From Pseudomonadota bacterium (lineage in GTDB: Bacteria > UBA10199 > 2-02-FULL-44-16 > JBDRGF01), in NCBI GenBank assembly GCA_043818055.1, contig JBDRGF010000141.1, forward strand, positions 22,119 to 86,118: DNA of 64,000 bases. Direction: 5' to 3'. The translations under genes and the position numbers were made by a program. The notes beneath the pieces are model-generated. The model was not told the DNA's origin and searched no databases. It was given only the letters and a program-made list of their open reading frames with translations. Of the stretch, positions 37,165 through 46,569 are shown one piece after another (position 1 is the first letter of the stretch; every line of letters begins with the position of its first letter).

Positions 37165-39423
37165 ATGACTTTCAAAGCTCCAAGTTTACTACCTGTGTCA
37201 ATGAGTTCAAGAACTATGGATCTATTCCATCCAAAAGCCATCTCTTATCCCAGGGGTGAAATGACAACAGAAGACACGTGTGTGTATTCTAACAGTTACA
37301 ATGCTGCGAGTGCGCCTGAATCGATAAGATCAGGTCAGCCTTCGATCTTTCAAAAAGGCGTGTTAACAATATCTGAGTACTTAGAAAATAAACATGTAAC
37401 AAATATAGCAAAGCTTGTAGGACTTACGATTTTCTACCATCTTCTTTCCGAAACCAGTTTGGGAAATCTAGACGCATTTGGATTGAGCACAGCTGTACTC
37501 ATGGGAACATCGCGAAGAAAAAAAACTAAAATACAAAGAATCTGTGAAGAGGTGCGACATGCATATGCCGAAGGTGATTTTGATAGATTTCACACTCTAC
37601 TTTTCGAGAACTATAGAGAAGATTTCAATTTTGTGGAAGGGCTGAGTCTTTGTGATTTAGAACCTAGAGTAGGTCTTGATTCACTGGAGGAGATTAATCG
37701 AGGAAGGTTAGTTGGGAGTAGAGATCGCACAGGTGAGTTTGGATTTGTCCTGGGAATCAATGAAGAAATTAAGCAACATTACAATTCCACAAGTTATATT
37801 TATGCAGCTTTATTAAGTGAGAGGCTCTCAGCTCATGCCGCTCTCTTTATAACACTGCTCTCTCTAAAGCTCGGCGATTTTGTCTTGATTTCTTTGGCGC
37901 TCAACCAGCCTCGGCTCTATGAGCTTGAGCCAAGGATTCTGGATAGACTCGCTTTCATGTTTCCAGACAATTCATATAGATCAAAATTTTTCAGGAAGTT
38001 GAACAATATCACAGGTTACATATTTTGTCTTGAAGATGATGAGTATCGCGATGGGGATGGTGAATGTTTTTTTACAGATACGATTAGCGCGCAGCTTTCA
38101 CGGGCATGGATACAATCGAAGGGAATAGATTCTACAAGGGTAACGTGTTTAACTAAAAGTGGCGCTGAGATTTTGCTCTCAGAATTTGCAGGATTCTATG
38201 ACGCTGTGATTGCGATAGCACATCAGGGGGTACGTCACGCTGGAATGTTAGCTTACGCTGGCGTGCCGATATTTCCGATCAGAATCCATCACCATAATAA
38301 TGAGGGCTTTTTTAAATCGCTATCAGGAAGCTCTCTGCAAGAACTTTACGGCAAAAAAATTCTTATTGTTGAGGATGATATTGTTAGTGGAAATTCACTG
38401 CAACTTCTCGCCGATCACTTTGGCCTCGATTTTATTTCACAGGCGGATCTGTTGCTGACAAATTCTATGCTATACAGTCGCATGGCGCCTCAAATTCTCA
38501 ACTTTAGAGGGATGATCTTTTTGCAGCAAGTTCTGCAATTTTGGGATACAAGATCCTATATAGAAATGTTCCGCAAATTTGCCCTACGCCAGAAGGCATA
38601 TCTTCAAGTTGCTGAAGAAGGAGGTAGTCTATCTCAAAGGCAATCAGCAGTAGAGGAACGGGTTAAAAAAATGCTGGATGACAAGGGCAACCAGAGGATG
38701 GTGAGTTGGTCGAGAAGAAGGAGTATGAAACGAGCCCTTTATCACAATATCTTTCAAATTTTGCGTCAGCCCTTGGAGTATGGATATGCTTGTGACAATG
38801 CTCATGATGCTTTTGATATTTTGGAAAGACACATTAACGAAATTGAGGAACTTTTGAATGATCACACTCAGAAAACCATGATTGAACTTCGAAACAAGAT
38901 CGATGAAGTTGTAAAAATGATGACATCTGATGTGGAACATGAACTCACAAAGTTGATTCCAAAAGACATCGATGAAAGTGCCAGAGATCTGCAAGCAAAG
39001 ATGGCTGCCATAATGGGTCGGCTTAAGGCATTCCAGGCATTGCCTGAAATTGGCAGTTATGTGAGCGAATTTCGGCTTAACATGTTTCGAAGTCTGATCC
39101 GATATCGACTGGAAAAAATTATGGAGCTTCAGCTAGACAGAAATCACGTTTTAAAAGCAGTCAGTGCGACAATGGGCTATATATCAGGAATTTTTGATTA
39201 TCTTGAGACGAGATATGATAATATCACAACCCCATTTATGGATTTTTCCAGGGCTGAGGCGATACGATCGCTCAACTACTTCATGGACGAGGTTATTGAA
39301 ATGGCACCCTTGCTATTGACTCGAGAGTTGGCATCGTCCCTCTTCAGCGAGAAGACAGAGGACTACTACAAACGCTATTTTGTGGGGGGGGTGACGGTAT
39401 CGCTCTATGCACGCACAGCATAG
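37165..39423 (+). CDS. Large orphan protein with a central type-I phosphoribosyltransferase module and helical extensions
   Basis: SD GAGGTGA. PRT core FYDAVIAIAHQGVRHAGMLAYAGVPIFPIRI ... GKKILIVEDDIVSGNSLQLL (nt ~38185-38460). No other motif recognised in the ~340 aa N-terminal and ~300 aa C-terminal parts. Confidence 0.7.
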   Translation: MTFKAPSLLPVSMSSRTMDLFHPKAISYPRGEMTTEDTCVYSNSYNAASAPESIRSGQPSIFQKGVLTISEYLENKHVTNIAKLVGLTIFYHLLSETSLGNLDAFGLSTAVLMGTSRRKKTKIQRICEEVRHAYAEGDFDRFHTLLFENYREDFNFVEGLSLCDLEPRVGLDSLEEINRGRLVGSRDRTGEFGFVLGINEEIKQHYNSTSYIYAALLSERLSAHAALFITLLSLKLGDFVLISLALNQPRLYELEPRILDRLAFMFPDNSYRSKFFRKLNNITGYIFCLEDDEYRDGDGECFFTDTISAQLSRAWIQSKGIDSTRVTCLTKSGAEILLSEFAGFYDAVIAIAHQGVRHAGMLAYAGVPIFPIRIHHHNNEGFFKSLSGSSLQELYGKKILIVEDDIVSGNSLQLLADHFGLDFISQADLLLTNSMLYSRMAPQILNFRGMIFLQQVLQFWDTRSYIEMFRKFALRQKAYLQVAEEGGSLSQRQSAVEERVKKMLDDKGNQRMVSWSRRRSMKRALYHNIFQILRQPLEYGYACDNAHDAFDILERHINEIEELLNDHTQKTMIELRNKIDEVVKMMTSDVEHELTKLIPKDIDESARDLQAKMAAIMGRLKAFQALPEIGSYVSEFRLNMFRSLIRYRLEKIMELQLDRNHVLKAVSATMGYISGIFDYLETRYDNITTPFMDFSRAEAIRSLNYFMDEVIEMAPLLLTRELASSLFSEKTEDYYKRYFVGGVTVSLYARTA
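39384..39391 (+). repeat. G8 homopolymer at the junction of the two PRT-module ORFs
   Basis: tgtGGGGGGGGtgac read directly. The frame of the downstream ORF is already open from 39300. Confidence 0.9.
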
Positions 39424-39449
39424 TAGATACGCTCAACCTTGCAAAGCAT

Positions 39450-39863
39450 GTGATCGATCATGGTGATTTTGATATGGTGCTCGTCATCGGCCCTGAGGGT
39501 GGAAAATATGCAGCACCATTTGAAATGCTCAGATTGCCTGTGACTCAGATTCACATCGACGATTTTGACAAGGGACGTCCTTACAAGGTCATCGGAAACT
39601 TAGAGGAACTGCGCGGAAGACGGATTTTGCTTTTGGAGGATGATGTTCATAGCGGTTCAACATTGAATCGTACCTTAAGCCTCGTTCTTCCATTTGAACC
39701 AGAAGCACTTGATCTATTTCTTGGCAATCCTATCCATTACCAAAACTTGGAAAATGTTCCAAAGGTCATACGTAATATATATACTAATCTGTCCTACCCG
39801 AAGTCATCTGAAGAGGAACACGCAATCTATGAATGGTTTTTGAAACTCGCTGGTGCTGTATAA
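39450..39863 (+). CDS. Second phosphoribosyltransferase module (stand-alone from GTG 39450, or 3' part of a frameshifted fusion)
   Basis: FDMVLVIGPEGGKYAAPFEMLRLPVTQIHI ... GRRILLLEDDVHSGSTLNRTL. There is no ATG/GTG/TTG in frame between 39300 and 39450. Confidence 0.6.
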   Translation: MIDHGDFDMVLVIGPEGGKYAAPFEMLRLPVTQIHIDDFDKGRPYKVIGNLEELRGRRILLLEDDVHSGSTLNRTLSLVLPFEPEALDLFLGNPIHYQNLENVPKVIRNIYTNLSYPKSSEEEHAIYEWFLKLAGAV

Positions 39864-39902
39864 TACATCTTCCGCCGTCACCGAGGTTTTTTAACAATTT
39901 TT

Positions 39903-41063
39903 TCAAATCACCCGTGTTTTAATCACGCCTTCAATAGCTTCGATCCTGGAGATGGTTGAATCGTCGATCGGACCATCAATATCTATTATGTTATACGCTG
40001 TCTCGCTTTTGCTCTTATTGAGCATCTCCTGAATGTTGAGTTTACTAGCTGCGAGCACTGCTGTGAATTGTCCCACCATGTTTGGGACATTTTTGTTGAT
40101 GATAGTGAGTCTCGTATCAGTTTGTCTTCCGAGTTGGCAGTTGGGAAGGTTGACGGAGTTAGATATATTTCCATTTTCAAGAAAGTTGGCTACCTGTGAC
40201 GCTATCATCATCGCGCAGTTTTCTTCAGCTTCGGGTGTAGATGCGCCAAGATGAGGAAAGCATATCGTGTTTTTAGCTGAGATAAAATCGGCACTCGCAA
40301 AGTCTGTCACATATGTGCTGATATGGTCAGCTTCAAGTGCCTTTAATAGGGCTTTCTCATCGACTACACCCCCTCTTGAAAGGTTGATAAGGCGCGCGCC
40401 CTTTTTCATCATGGAGATTCTATTCTCATTCATAAACCCCTTTGTTTTTTCTGTCTCAGGGATATGAAGTGTGATGTAGTCTGAGGTCTTGATCAACTCG
40501 TCTAATGACGCGGCCTTTTTTACCTCGCGCGAGAGATTCCATGCCGAATCGACTGAAATGAATGGATCGAAACCGGATACATCCATGCCCAGGGATGTGG
40601 CGCTGTTTGAGACCATCACGCCGATCTGTCCCAGACCGATGACTCCCAATTTTTTTCCGAGAATTTCCGGACCTGTAAATGTGCTCTTATTCTTTTCGAT
40701 ATTTTTCGATATATCTGTAGCGTTCTTAAGTCCACCGACAAAATTGATTCCCTCGATCACCCTTCTTGAGGAGAGGAGGAGGGCGAGAATTGTGAGTTCC
40801 TTCACTGCGTTTGCATTGGCGCCCGGGGTGTTAAGGACGACGATACCTTTTTCAGTGCATTTTTCGATAGGAATGTTGTTCACTCCCGCACCCGCTCTGC
40901 CAACAACTTTAAGCGACGCAGGCAATTCCATCTCATGCATTTTGAAGCTTCTTAAAAGGATTGCATCGGGTGACGTTTCATCATCGGATATGTTATATAG
41001 CTTGGAAGAAAAGGTCTTTAAACCCTCTGACGATATTTTGTTGAGAATTTTAATCTTGTGCAT
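39903..41063 (-). CDS. serA: D-3-phosphoglycerate dehydrogenase
   Basis: GVIGLGQIGVMV NAD-binding motif, RLINLSRGGVVDE and FPHLGAST, plus a C-terminal ACT-like domain. ATG 41063 has SD AAAGGAAAA. Confidence 0.9.
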   Translation of the reverse strand: MHKIKILNKISSEGLKTFSSKLYNISDDETSPDAILLRSFKMHEMELPASLKVVGRAGAGVNNIPIEKCTEKGIVVLNTPGANANAVKELTILALLLSSRRVIEGINFVGGLKNATDISKNIEKNKSTFTGPEILGKKLGVIGLGQIGVMVSNSATSLGMDVSGFDPFISVDSAWNLSREVKKAASLDELIKTSDYITLHIPETEKTKGFMNENRISMMKKGARLINLSRGGVVDEKALLKALEADHISTYVTDFASADFISAKNTICFPHLGASTPEAEENCAMMIASQVANFLENGNISNSVNLPNCQLGRQTDTRLTIINKNVPNMVGQFTAVLAASKLNIQEMLNKSKSETAYNIIDIDGPIDDSTISRIEAIEGVIKTRVI

Positions 41064-41076
41064 CGTTTTTTCCTTT

Positions 41077-41904
41077 CTATTGTTCAAACCACTCGGCTGG
41101 GTCGAGTCTATAGAACTCTTTTAGCTCTTCGTAAAGTTTTGGATGTATCTTTTTCATCAGTATAGCCTTCTCAAAAAATGTCTCAGTCGCTACTGCGAAG
41201 AATTCTGCAGGATTGGTGGCACCGTAAAAATCCATGATATCTTTTTCATGGTGCATCATAGCGGAGCGAAGGTGTTGGTATTCTTCAGTTAGCACATGTG
41301 CCCACATAGCGTAGCTTGAACGTTTTTCTAGTAGCGGTGCTCCATTAGCCTGGCCGCTCTCCTGATCTAGTTGGTGCGCGAATTCGTGGAGGACGACGTT
41401 GTGTCCCCCTTTGAAATCCATAGTGCACTGTTTGACATGATCCCAAGCGAGCACTACCGTTCCACGATCCCACGATTCTCCCAAACGGGCGCTCGGCTCT
41501 GTTATGTATGTGATGCCGATCTGAACCCTTTGCTCAGCGACGTAAGCGCTTGGATAGACGAGTATCGAAGAGAGAAGAGGGAAGTAGGTGATCTTATCTC
41601 TGTTCAAAAGGAGTATGCAGGCTTGTGCTGCGATTGTGACCTTTATTTCATCGGTGATCTTGAGTCCACCGCATCCTTCAAAGTACTTTTCTGCGAGGAA
41701 TACCTGCATATGTCTATGGAGTTGCTTTTTTAGGTCGTCAGGCAAAAATTTATAGAGTGCGACATTTCGCTCTATGATCTCAACCCAATCGTGTGACAGT
41801 TCCTTTTGCAACAAAATCTTTCGCCTGTGATTTCTCCACTCGAGTTTGATTATCCAGAGCAGGAAAAACAGAATCCATATTGATATGAAAAGAAATATTC
41901 CCAT
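41077..41904 (-). CDS. MtfA-like zinc metallopeptidase (M90) with N-terminal TM helix
   Basis: HEFAHQLD zinc motif with the typical downstream NPAEFFAVATETFFE. Confidence 0.8.
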   Translation of the reverse strand: MGIFLFISIWILFFLLWIIKLEWRNHRRKILLQKELSHDWVEIIERNVALYKFLPDDLKKQLHRHMQVFLAEKYFEGCGGLKITDEIKVTIAAQACILLLNRDKITYFPLLSSILVYPSAYVAEQRVQIGITYITEPSARLGESWDRGTVVLAWDHVKQCTMDFKGGHNVVLHEFAHQLDQESGQANGAPLLEKRSSYAMWAHVLTEEYQHLRSAMMHHEKDIMDFYGATNPAEFFAVATETFFEKAILMKKIHPKLYEELKEFYRLDPAEWFEQ

Positions 41905-41958
41905 ATAGTTTCAGTCTTATAGCAGAGTTGGGTTTGAATTCAAAGGGCAAATGAAAAA

Positions 41959-42000
41959 GAGGCAAGAGGTCAGAAGCAAGAAGTCAGAGGGTAGAAATAT
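41959..42000. repeat. Heptamer-periodic repeat GAGGCAA GAGGTCA GAAGCAA GAAGTCA GAGGGTA GAAATAT
   Basis: Read directly. Shares the words GAAGCAA/GAAGTCA (as reverse complements) with 59882-59926. Confidence 0.7.
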
Positions 42001-42032
42001 GTCGGTTCATTCACCGATCCGGAAGCAAAATA

Positions 42033-42060
42033 AAAAAGACGCCGAAAGGCGCCTTTTTTA
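42033..42060 (-). terminator. Short hairpin flanked by A6/T6 downstream of the tRNA (bidirectional terminator-like)
   Basis: AAAAAAGACGCC-GAAA-GGCGCCTTTTTT. The stem is only 4-5 bp. Confidence 0.5.
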
Positions 42061-42063
42061 TTT

Positions 42064-42140
<77 letters not shown>

Positions 42141-42264
42141 TCATTTATTTAATTTTCAGTCCCCGCAGCTATTACACAATGCTGTCTTCTCAAATGGGAT
42201 TCACCTCTTACTGGATTATATATATGTTGTCAAATGCTAATCCCTAGAGGTGTGTGTGAGTTTT

Positions 42265-42330
42265 TGTAGGGGCGGGTTTCAAACCCGCCCGCGTTACTAT
42301 TTTAGGGCAGGTTTGAAACCTGCCCCTACA
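42265..42330 (-). repeat. Two tandem GC hairpins (terminator-like) downstream of the aminopeptidase gene
   Basis: TGTAGGGGCGGGTTTCAAACCCGCCC and AGGGCAGGTTTGAAACCTGCCCCTACA. Same stem family as the pnp terminator. Confidence 0.6.
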
Positions 42331-42339
42331 AATAAAACT

Positions 42340-43449
42340 CTACGGATTCAACGCTTGCAAATATTCGAGGACAAACAATCCATCCTTCCTGATCAAAACA
42401 TCGTCAAACCATATCTCGCCGCCGCCAAGGTCTGTGGTCTGTCTTAGGACGATATCCCAGTGAATTTCGGAGTTGTTGCCGTTGAAGGCCATGTCATATG
42501 CCTTTCCCACTGCGAAGTGAATCGATCCGGCGATCTTTTCGTCGAAGAGGGTGTCCATCATCGGGACATTGACCTTGGGGTTCACGCCTATCGCAAATTC
42601 TCCAACGTATCTCGATCCTTCATCTCTATCGAGTATGCTTTTAAGCTTCTTTGCGTCGCCTGTCTCACAGCTCTCTTCAACAATTTTTCCATCTTTAAAT
42701 GTGAATTTTATACCGTCGAAGAGCTGTCCCTCTCTCACACTCGGCGTGTTGAATGAGATCGTTCCGTTTAAGGATTCCTTCACTGGAGCCGTGAATATTT
42801 CGCCATCGGGGATGTTTAGTTTTCCATCGCATTTGATAACAGGGATATCCTTGATCGAGAAGCTCAATTCTGTGCCGGGGCTCTTGATGCGTACCTTGTC
42901 GGTTTTTTTCATGAGTTCGAAAAGCGGGTCCATAGCCTTCGACATCTTTGAGTAGTCGATGAGGCAGCAGTCGAAGTAGAAATCCTCAAACTCGTGTGTG
43001 GACATCTTTGCAGACTGCGCGAAAGTTGGGTTTGGATAACGCATGACGACCCATCTGGTTTTGACGGAGCGGCATTCGCCATGTACCTTCTTCATTACAG
43101 TCGAAGAGAGGATCTTCATCTTTTCCGACGGGACATCTGCCATCTCGAGAACATTTTCCGAAGCGCGAATGCCGATATAACAATTCATCTGTTGCATCCT
43201 CGACAGTTGAAATTCTGCCTCAGCCTCAAACTGCTCTTTGGTGGCGTTCATAAGCTGAGCCCTGTTGAGCATGTCGTCGTGTAGAAGATAGAAGGGGAGG
43301 GCGCCATTTTTGTAGCATTCCTCTATGATAGCTTCGATTAAGGGGTAAGATCTAACGCCAGAGGCCTCTATCAGCACTTTATCGCCTGTTTTCGCTTCTA
43401 TTGAATAGTTGACGATGTTTTTCGCTAAGTTTCTGATTCTTTGATCCAT
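42340..43449 (-). CDS. M29 family aminopeptidase (AmpS/PepS-like)
   Basis: MDQRIRNLAKNIVNYSIEAKTGDKVLI start and the IHWDIV region near the C-terminus. About 370 aa. ATG 43449 has SD AGGAGGA. Confidence 0.82.
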   Translation of the reverse strand: MDQRIRNLAKNIVNYSIEAKTGDKVLIEASGVRSYPLIEAIIEECYKNGALPFYLLHDDMLNRAQLMNATKEQFEAEAEFQLSRMQQMNCYIGIRASENVLEMADVPSEKMKILSSTVMKKVHGECRSVKTRWVVMRYPNPTFAQSAKMSTHEFEDFYFDCCLIDYSKMSKAMDPLFELMKKTDKVRIKSPGTELSFSIKDIPVIKCDGKLNIPDGEIFTAPVKESLNGTISFNTPSVREGQLFDGIKFTFKDGKIVEESCETGDAKKLKSILDRDEGSRYVGEFAIGVNPKVNVPMMDTLFDEKIAGSIHFAVGKAYDMAFNGNNSEIHWDIVLRQTTDLGGGEIWFDDVLIRKDGLFVLEYLQALNP

Positions 43450-43527
43450 TACATCCTCCTGCCTGTTTGTTGATAACACTGCATATTAGCCCATATGATA
43501 TCGGTTAGGGTTTTACAAGCTACAAAT

Positions 43528-44151
43528 TTATCGATCCCGCCTCAGAAAGAGATAAAGGATTGGAAGGGATAGATATACTGTAGTTCCCCACCTCGGATGG
43601 ATGAACGAGAGTAGTATTGCAGCAACGGAAATTACCGGAATGACAAGGCTGTTTTGCCTGTTTATCTTTACGATTATCGGATCGAGCTCTTTGTCTATCA
43701 GCCGGTTGTTGCGTGAAGCGTATTCCCAGTGATAGAAAAAGATCATTCCCACTATTAGCATGTTTCCTTCAAATATCAAAACTGCAGGAAGGAAGTCTCC
43801 ATAATCTCCCACAAGCGATGTGGTGAAAGGTATCAGGCAGATAAATAACAATGCGACAATGTTGATATAAAGAAGCCCTCTGTCTGATTTGTGAATAAAG
43901 TTGAAATGCTGATGGTGTGCTATCCAGAACGCAGAGAGGAGAAAGAAACTCTCCACGTAGTGGAGAAATTCAGGGAATAAATTGAAGAGCACATCATTCA
44001 ATGCTTCGATATTAGGCCCATCTTTGGGCACGTCGATTTCAAAGCTCAAAACGAGGATTGTCATGGCGATCGCAAATACACCATCTGTGAGGGCCTCTAT
44101 TCTTGAGGTCTTTAGTTCAAGCTTTAGCATTTGCAGTCTGGGTATTTTCAT
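43528..44151 (-). CDS. TMEM175/DUF1211 family potassium-channel-like membrane protein
   Basis: SRIEALTDGVFAIAMTILVL signature first helix. 6 TM spans, 207 aa. Confidence 0.8.
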   Translation of the reverse strand: MKIPRLQMLKLELKTSRIEALTDGVFAIAMTILVLSFEIDVPKDGPNIEALNDVLFNLFPEFLHYVESFFLLSAFWIAHHQHFNFIHKSDRGLLYINIVALLFICLIPFTTSLVGDYGDFLPAVLIFEGNMLIVGMIFFYHWEYASRNNRLIDKELDPIIVKINRQNSLVIPVISVAAILLSFIHPRWGTTVYLSLPILYLFLRRDR

Positions 44152-44389
44152 ACTAACTCCTGATCTGTTTGGATTTACTTAAACGTTTTGTCAGTTAATT
44201 TCAATGCCCACAATTGGTTAATACCAAAAATAAGCGGATAAAACAAATTGATTCGAGGGAAGCTATTTCCCACCTTTGAAGTGAAAATGATGCCCCGCCA
44301 CCCCATATAAATAATTTTCTTGTATTTATATTTTTTTAAGGTTATACAGCTCGAAACTTTTTTAAACCATTCCTTGGAAGGGGGATAAA

Positions 44390-44608
44390 ATGAATAAGAA
44401 GATCAAAAGAATGTTGGCATGTTTGGGTGTTGCTGTACTCTTCATCGGTGCATCGTTTATGAGCGGTTGCAAAAAGGCTGATGATGCTGCAGCTACAGAG
44501 ACCATGACTCAGGAGCAGACAGCTCCTGCTACTGAGGCTCCAGCTGCAGAAAGTGAAGCACCTTCAACACAGGAGACAACTACTGAAGGGACAGGAAGCG
44601 GCAATTAG
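44390..44608 (+). CDS. Small lipoprotein with low-complexity Ala/Thr/Glu tail
   Basis: Signal peptide with lipobox FMSGC. SD GGGGGATAA upstream. A terminator follows. Confidence 0.6.
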   Translation: MNKKIKRMLACLGVAVLFIGASFMSGCKKADDAAATETMTQEQTAPATEAPAAESEAPSTQETTTEGTGSGN

Positions 44609-44631
44609 TAGTTGAATTTTTAGAGAAGATT

Positions 44632-44661
44632 AAAAACCCAGGCTTTAAGCCTGGGTTTTTT
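44632..44661. terminator. Bidirectional rho-independent terminator
   Basis: AAAAACCCAGGC-TTTAA-GCCTGGGTTTTTT. Confidence 0.8.
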
Positions 44662-44736
44662 ATATGTAGGGAAAGCCATACTAATATTTTTATGAATTTA
44701 TGTTTATTCACTATTATCAGGTGTGTTACTGAAGAC

Positions 44737-46566
44737 CTATTCCGGATTTGCAAAGGCGCGATCCCATTCATCATCATTAGGTATATTACTGAAAACTGTT
44801 TCGAAACTGTTAAAGGTGTGCATCCATTCATCTTTTATCCAGGTAAGTTTTTCAAACGTGTTTCTCCGTCTTGCCTTTGAGGGTATTCTTCTAATTAGCA
44901 TAGATAGATCTGCTGACAATATTTCTCTTTCATCATAGGAAAATATAAGATTTTTGATTGTTCTAAAAACAATAGACGCATAAGATGCCCGATTATCTCT
45001 AATTGAAGAGATGAGAGTGGCTCTCATTAAATATAATGAAGATTTTAACATCTCTTCCAAAGTCTCTATTATAATGAATGTGTTGATTTTAGGGAAGATT
45101 TTATTGTTATCATTATTCAAAGGCTTCTTACGAGCCAGGTGAGCTCTTAAAGTCAGATCTATAAAGGTGGATAAAAGTTCTAGCTGTGCAATTAGTGAAT
45201 TGCCATCATCTCCGTTTAATTGTTTTAAAATTACTGATTCAATATCAGACTCAACATCTGATAGCTCATTAAGAAAATTATACATATGAGTCTTATAATC
45301 AAGAATTGCCACATACATCAGATGGAGTTGAAAAGTTGAATCCAACAAGATATTTCTTTTGTCCTTAGGCATATTGTTATAGATGTTATAAAGTTGTTTG
45401 ATAAATTTGCTTACATTATCTAAGTCATTTCTTTGATAAGCAAGGTAAGCTCTCAACGTCGGCAGCATAATCCTCTCAAAAGAAGAAATGCTATTGGATT
45501 CTTTTGGTTTTTTATTTTTTGTTTTTTTTGATCTGCTTTTTGGTGATTCTTTCGATCTGATGAATAGAATGGCTTCATTGATAAACGGTATAGCCAATGG
45601 GCTGAGCAATCCTCCATAGAATATCATTTCTGGAAAATTTAATAAGTCCTCTGTTGTTGTGGGGGAACCTCTTTTTAAAATTTGCGTAACCTTTAAAGCA
45701 GAGAACTGTTGAACAGAAAAAATATTTTCCATTGACCGATCAAATGTCTGGGTGGCTTTTGGATGCATCGATGGCCGTTCCATTTCATTAAGGTTAAGTA
45801 AAGCTTCATTGCACAAATTCTGGATAAGAGTGTGATCTGCAAAATTCAAAGCTTCAAAATTAATGTTTTCGAGAAGACTTTTGCATAAGATTGCCAGAAG
45901 TCCTATAGCTTCTATAGAGTGGGTATTTCTATGAGAGAGCTGCTGAAAGAGGATAGTTGTATATCCTAAACAATCCTGTAACTCCTGGTCTGTAAGAGAT
46001 GGTAATTGTAATCGGGGAATAAATATTTCTTCTAAGATATATAAGTTCAATCTATCACTTCTTTCTCTTGGATTTTTGTCGTAAATATTTGCAACCTCTT
46101 TAACTACTTTCTCCGTTGAGAAATCTCCAAGTTTAGATACATAATTAAGTGCGAGTCTTGCAGTCTCAAACTCTTCTGCGGCGAGTAATAGATCAAAGAG
46201 TTCACGGGTAGGTGTTTGTCTATACACTCTTCTATCCATTTCTCTATTAGGATTCAGCTTAGTAGTATAAAGCTTTTCAAGCGCTTCAATAAATTGATCT
46301 GACAATGGAGTTGTGGAAACAGGGGGTTTTAAAAATCTACTATCACGATAAGGAGCTCTGGCATTCTGCAACAGAAGTGGGGTGTATCTAAGTATGGCGG
46401 CGGATGCTGCTACCTGTAAATCATTTGATGGGGGCTGCGGTTTAAGAGTTGGTGAGGGTATGTTGGGGTCGGTATTTTGTCCTGGTAAAATTAATTCGTG
46501 TTTTTGTAAAGTAGCAAGTAGTTGGTTGGAAGCCTTTATATAATTGTTCTGAATAGTTTTTGACAT
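44737..46566 (-). CDS. Orphan 609-aa predicted all-helical protein with Pro-rich N-terminus
   Basis: Long uninterrupted ORF, 3 nt downstream of the 637-aa ORF. Internal basic patch SKESPKSRSKKTKNKKPKESN. No motif, signal peptide or TM recognised. Confidence 0.6.
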   Translation of the reverse strand: MSKTIQNNYIKASNQLLATLQKHELILPGQNTDPNIPSPTLKPQPPSNDLQVAASAAILRYTPLLLQNARAPYRDSRFLKPPVSTTPLSDQFIEALEKLYTTKLNPNREMDRRVYRQTPTRELFDLLLAAEEFETARLALNYVSKLGDFSTEKVVKEVANIYDKNPRERSDRLNLYILEEIFIPRLQLPSLTDQELQDCLGYTTILFQQLSHRNTHSIEAIGLLAILCKSLLENINFEALNFADHTLIQNLCNEALLNLNEMERPSMHPKATQTFDRSMENIFSVQQFSALKVTQILKRGSPTTTEDLLNFPEMIFYGGLLSPLAIPFINEAILFIRSKESPKSRSKKTKNKKPKESNSISSFERIMLPTLRAYLAYQRNDLDNVSKFIKQLYNIYNNMPKDKRNILLDSTFQLHLMYVAILDYKTHMYNFLNELSDVESDIESVILKQLNGDDGNSLIAQLELLSTFIDLTLRAHLARKKPLNNDNNKIFPKINTFIIIETLEEMLKSSLYLMRATLISSIRDNRASYASIVFRTIKNLIFSYDEREILSADLSMLIRRIPSKARRRNTFEKLTWIKDEWMHTFNSFETVFSNIPNDDEWDRAFANPE

Positions 46567-46569
46567 GGA

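Noticed and set aside
40489-41124. 211-aa plus-strand ORF.
   Set aside because: It is antisense to serA, which has clear NAD-binding and catalytic motifs. It is a shadow ORF.
42250-42447. 65-aa ORF reading GGFQTRPR...RAGLKPAPT.
   Set aside because: It is a translation of the tandem GC hairpins and of the antisense of the aminopeptidase 3' end. It is not a gene.
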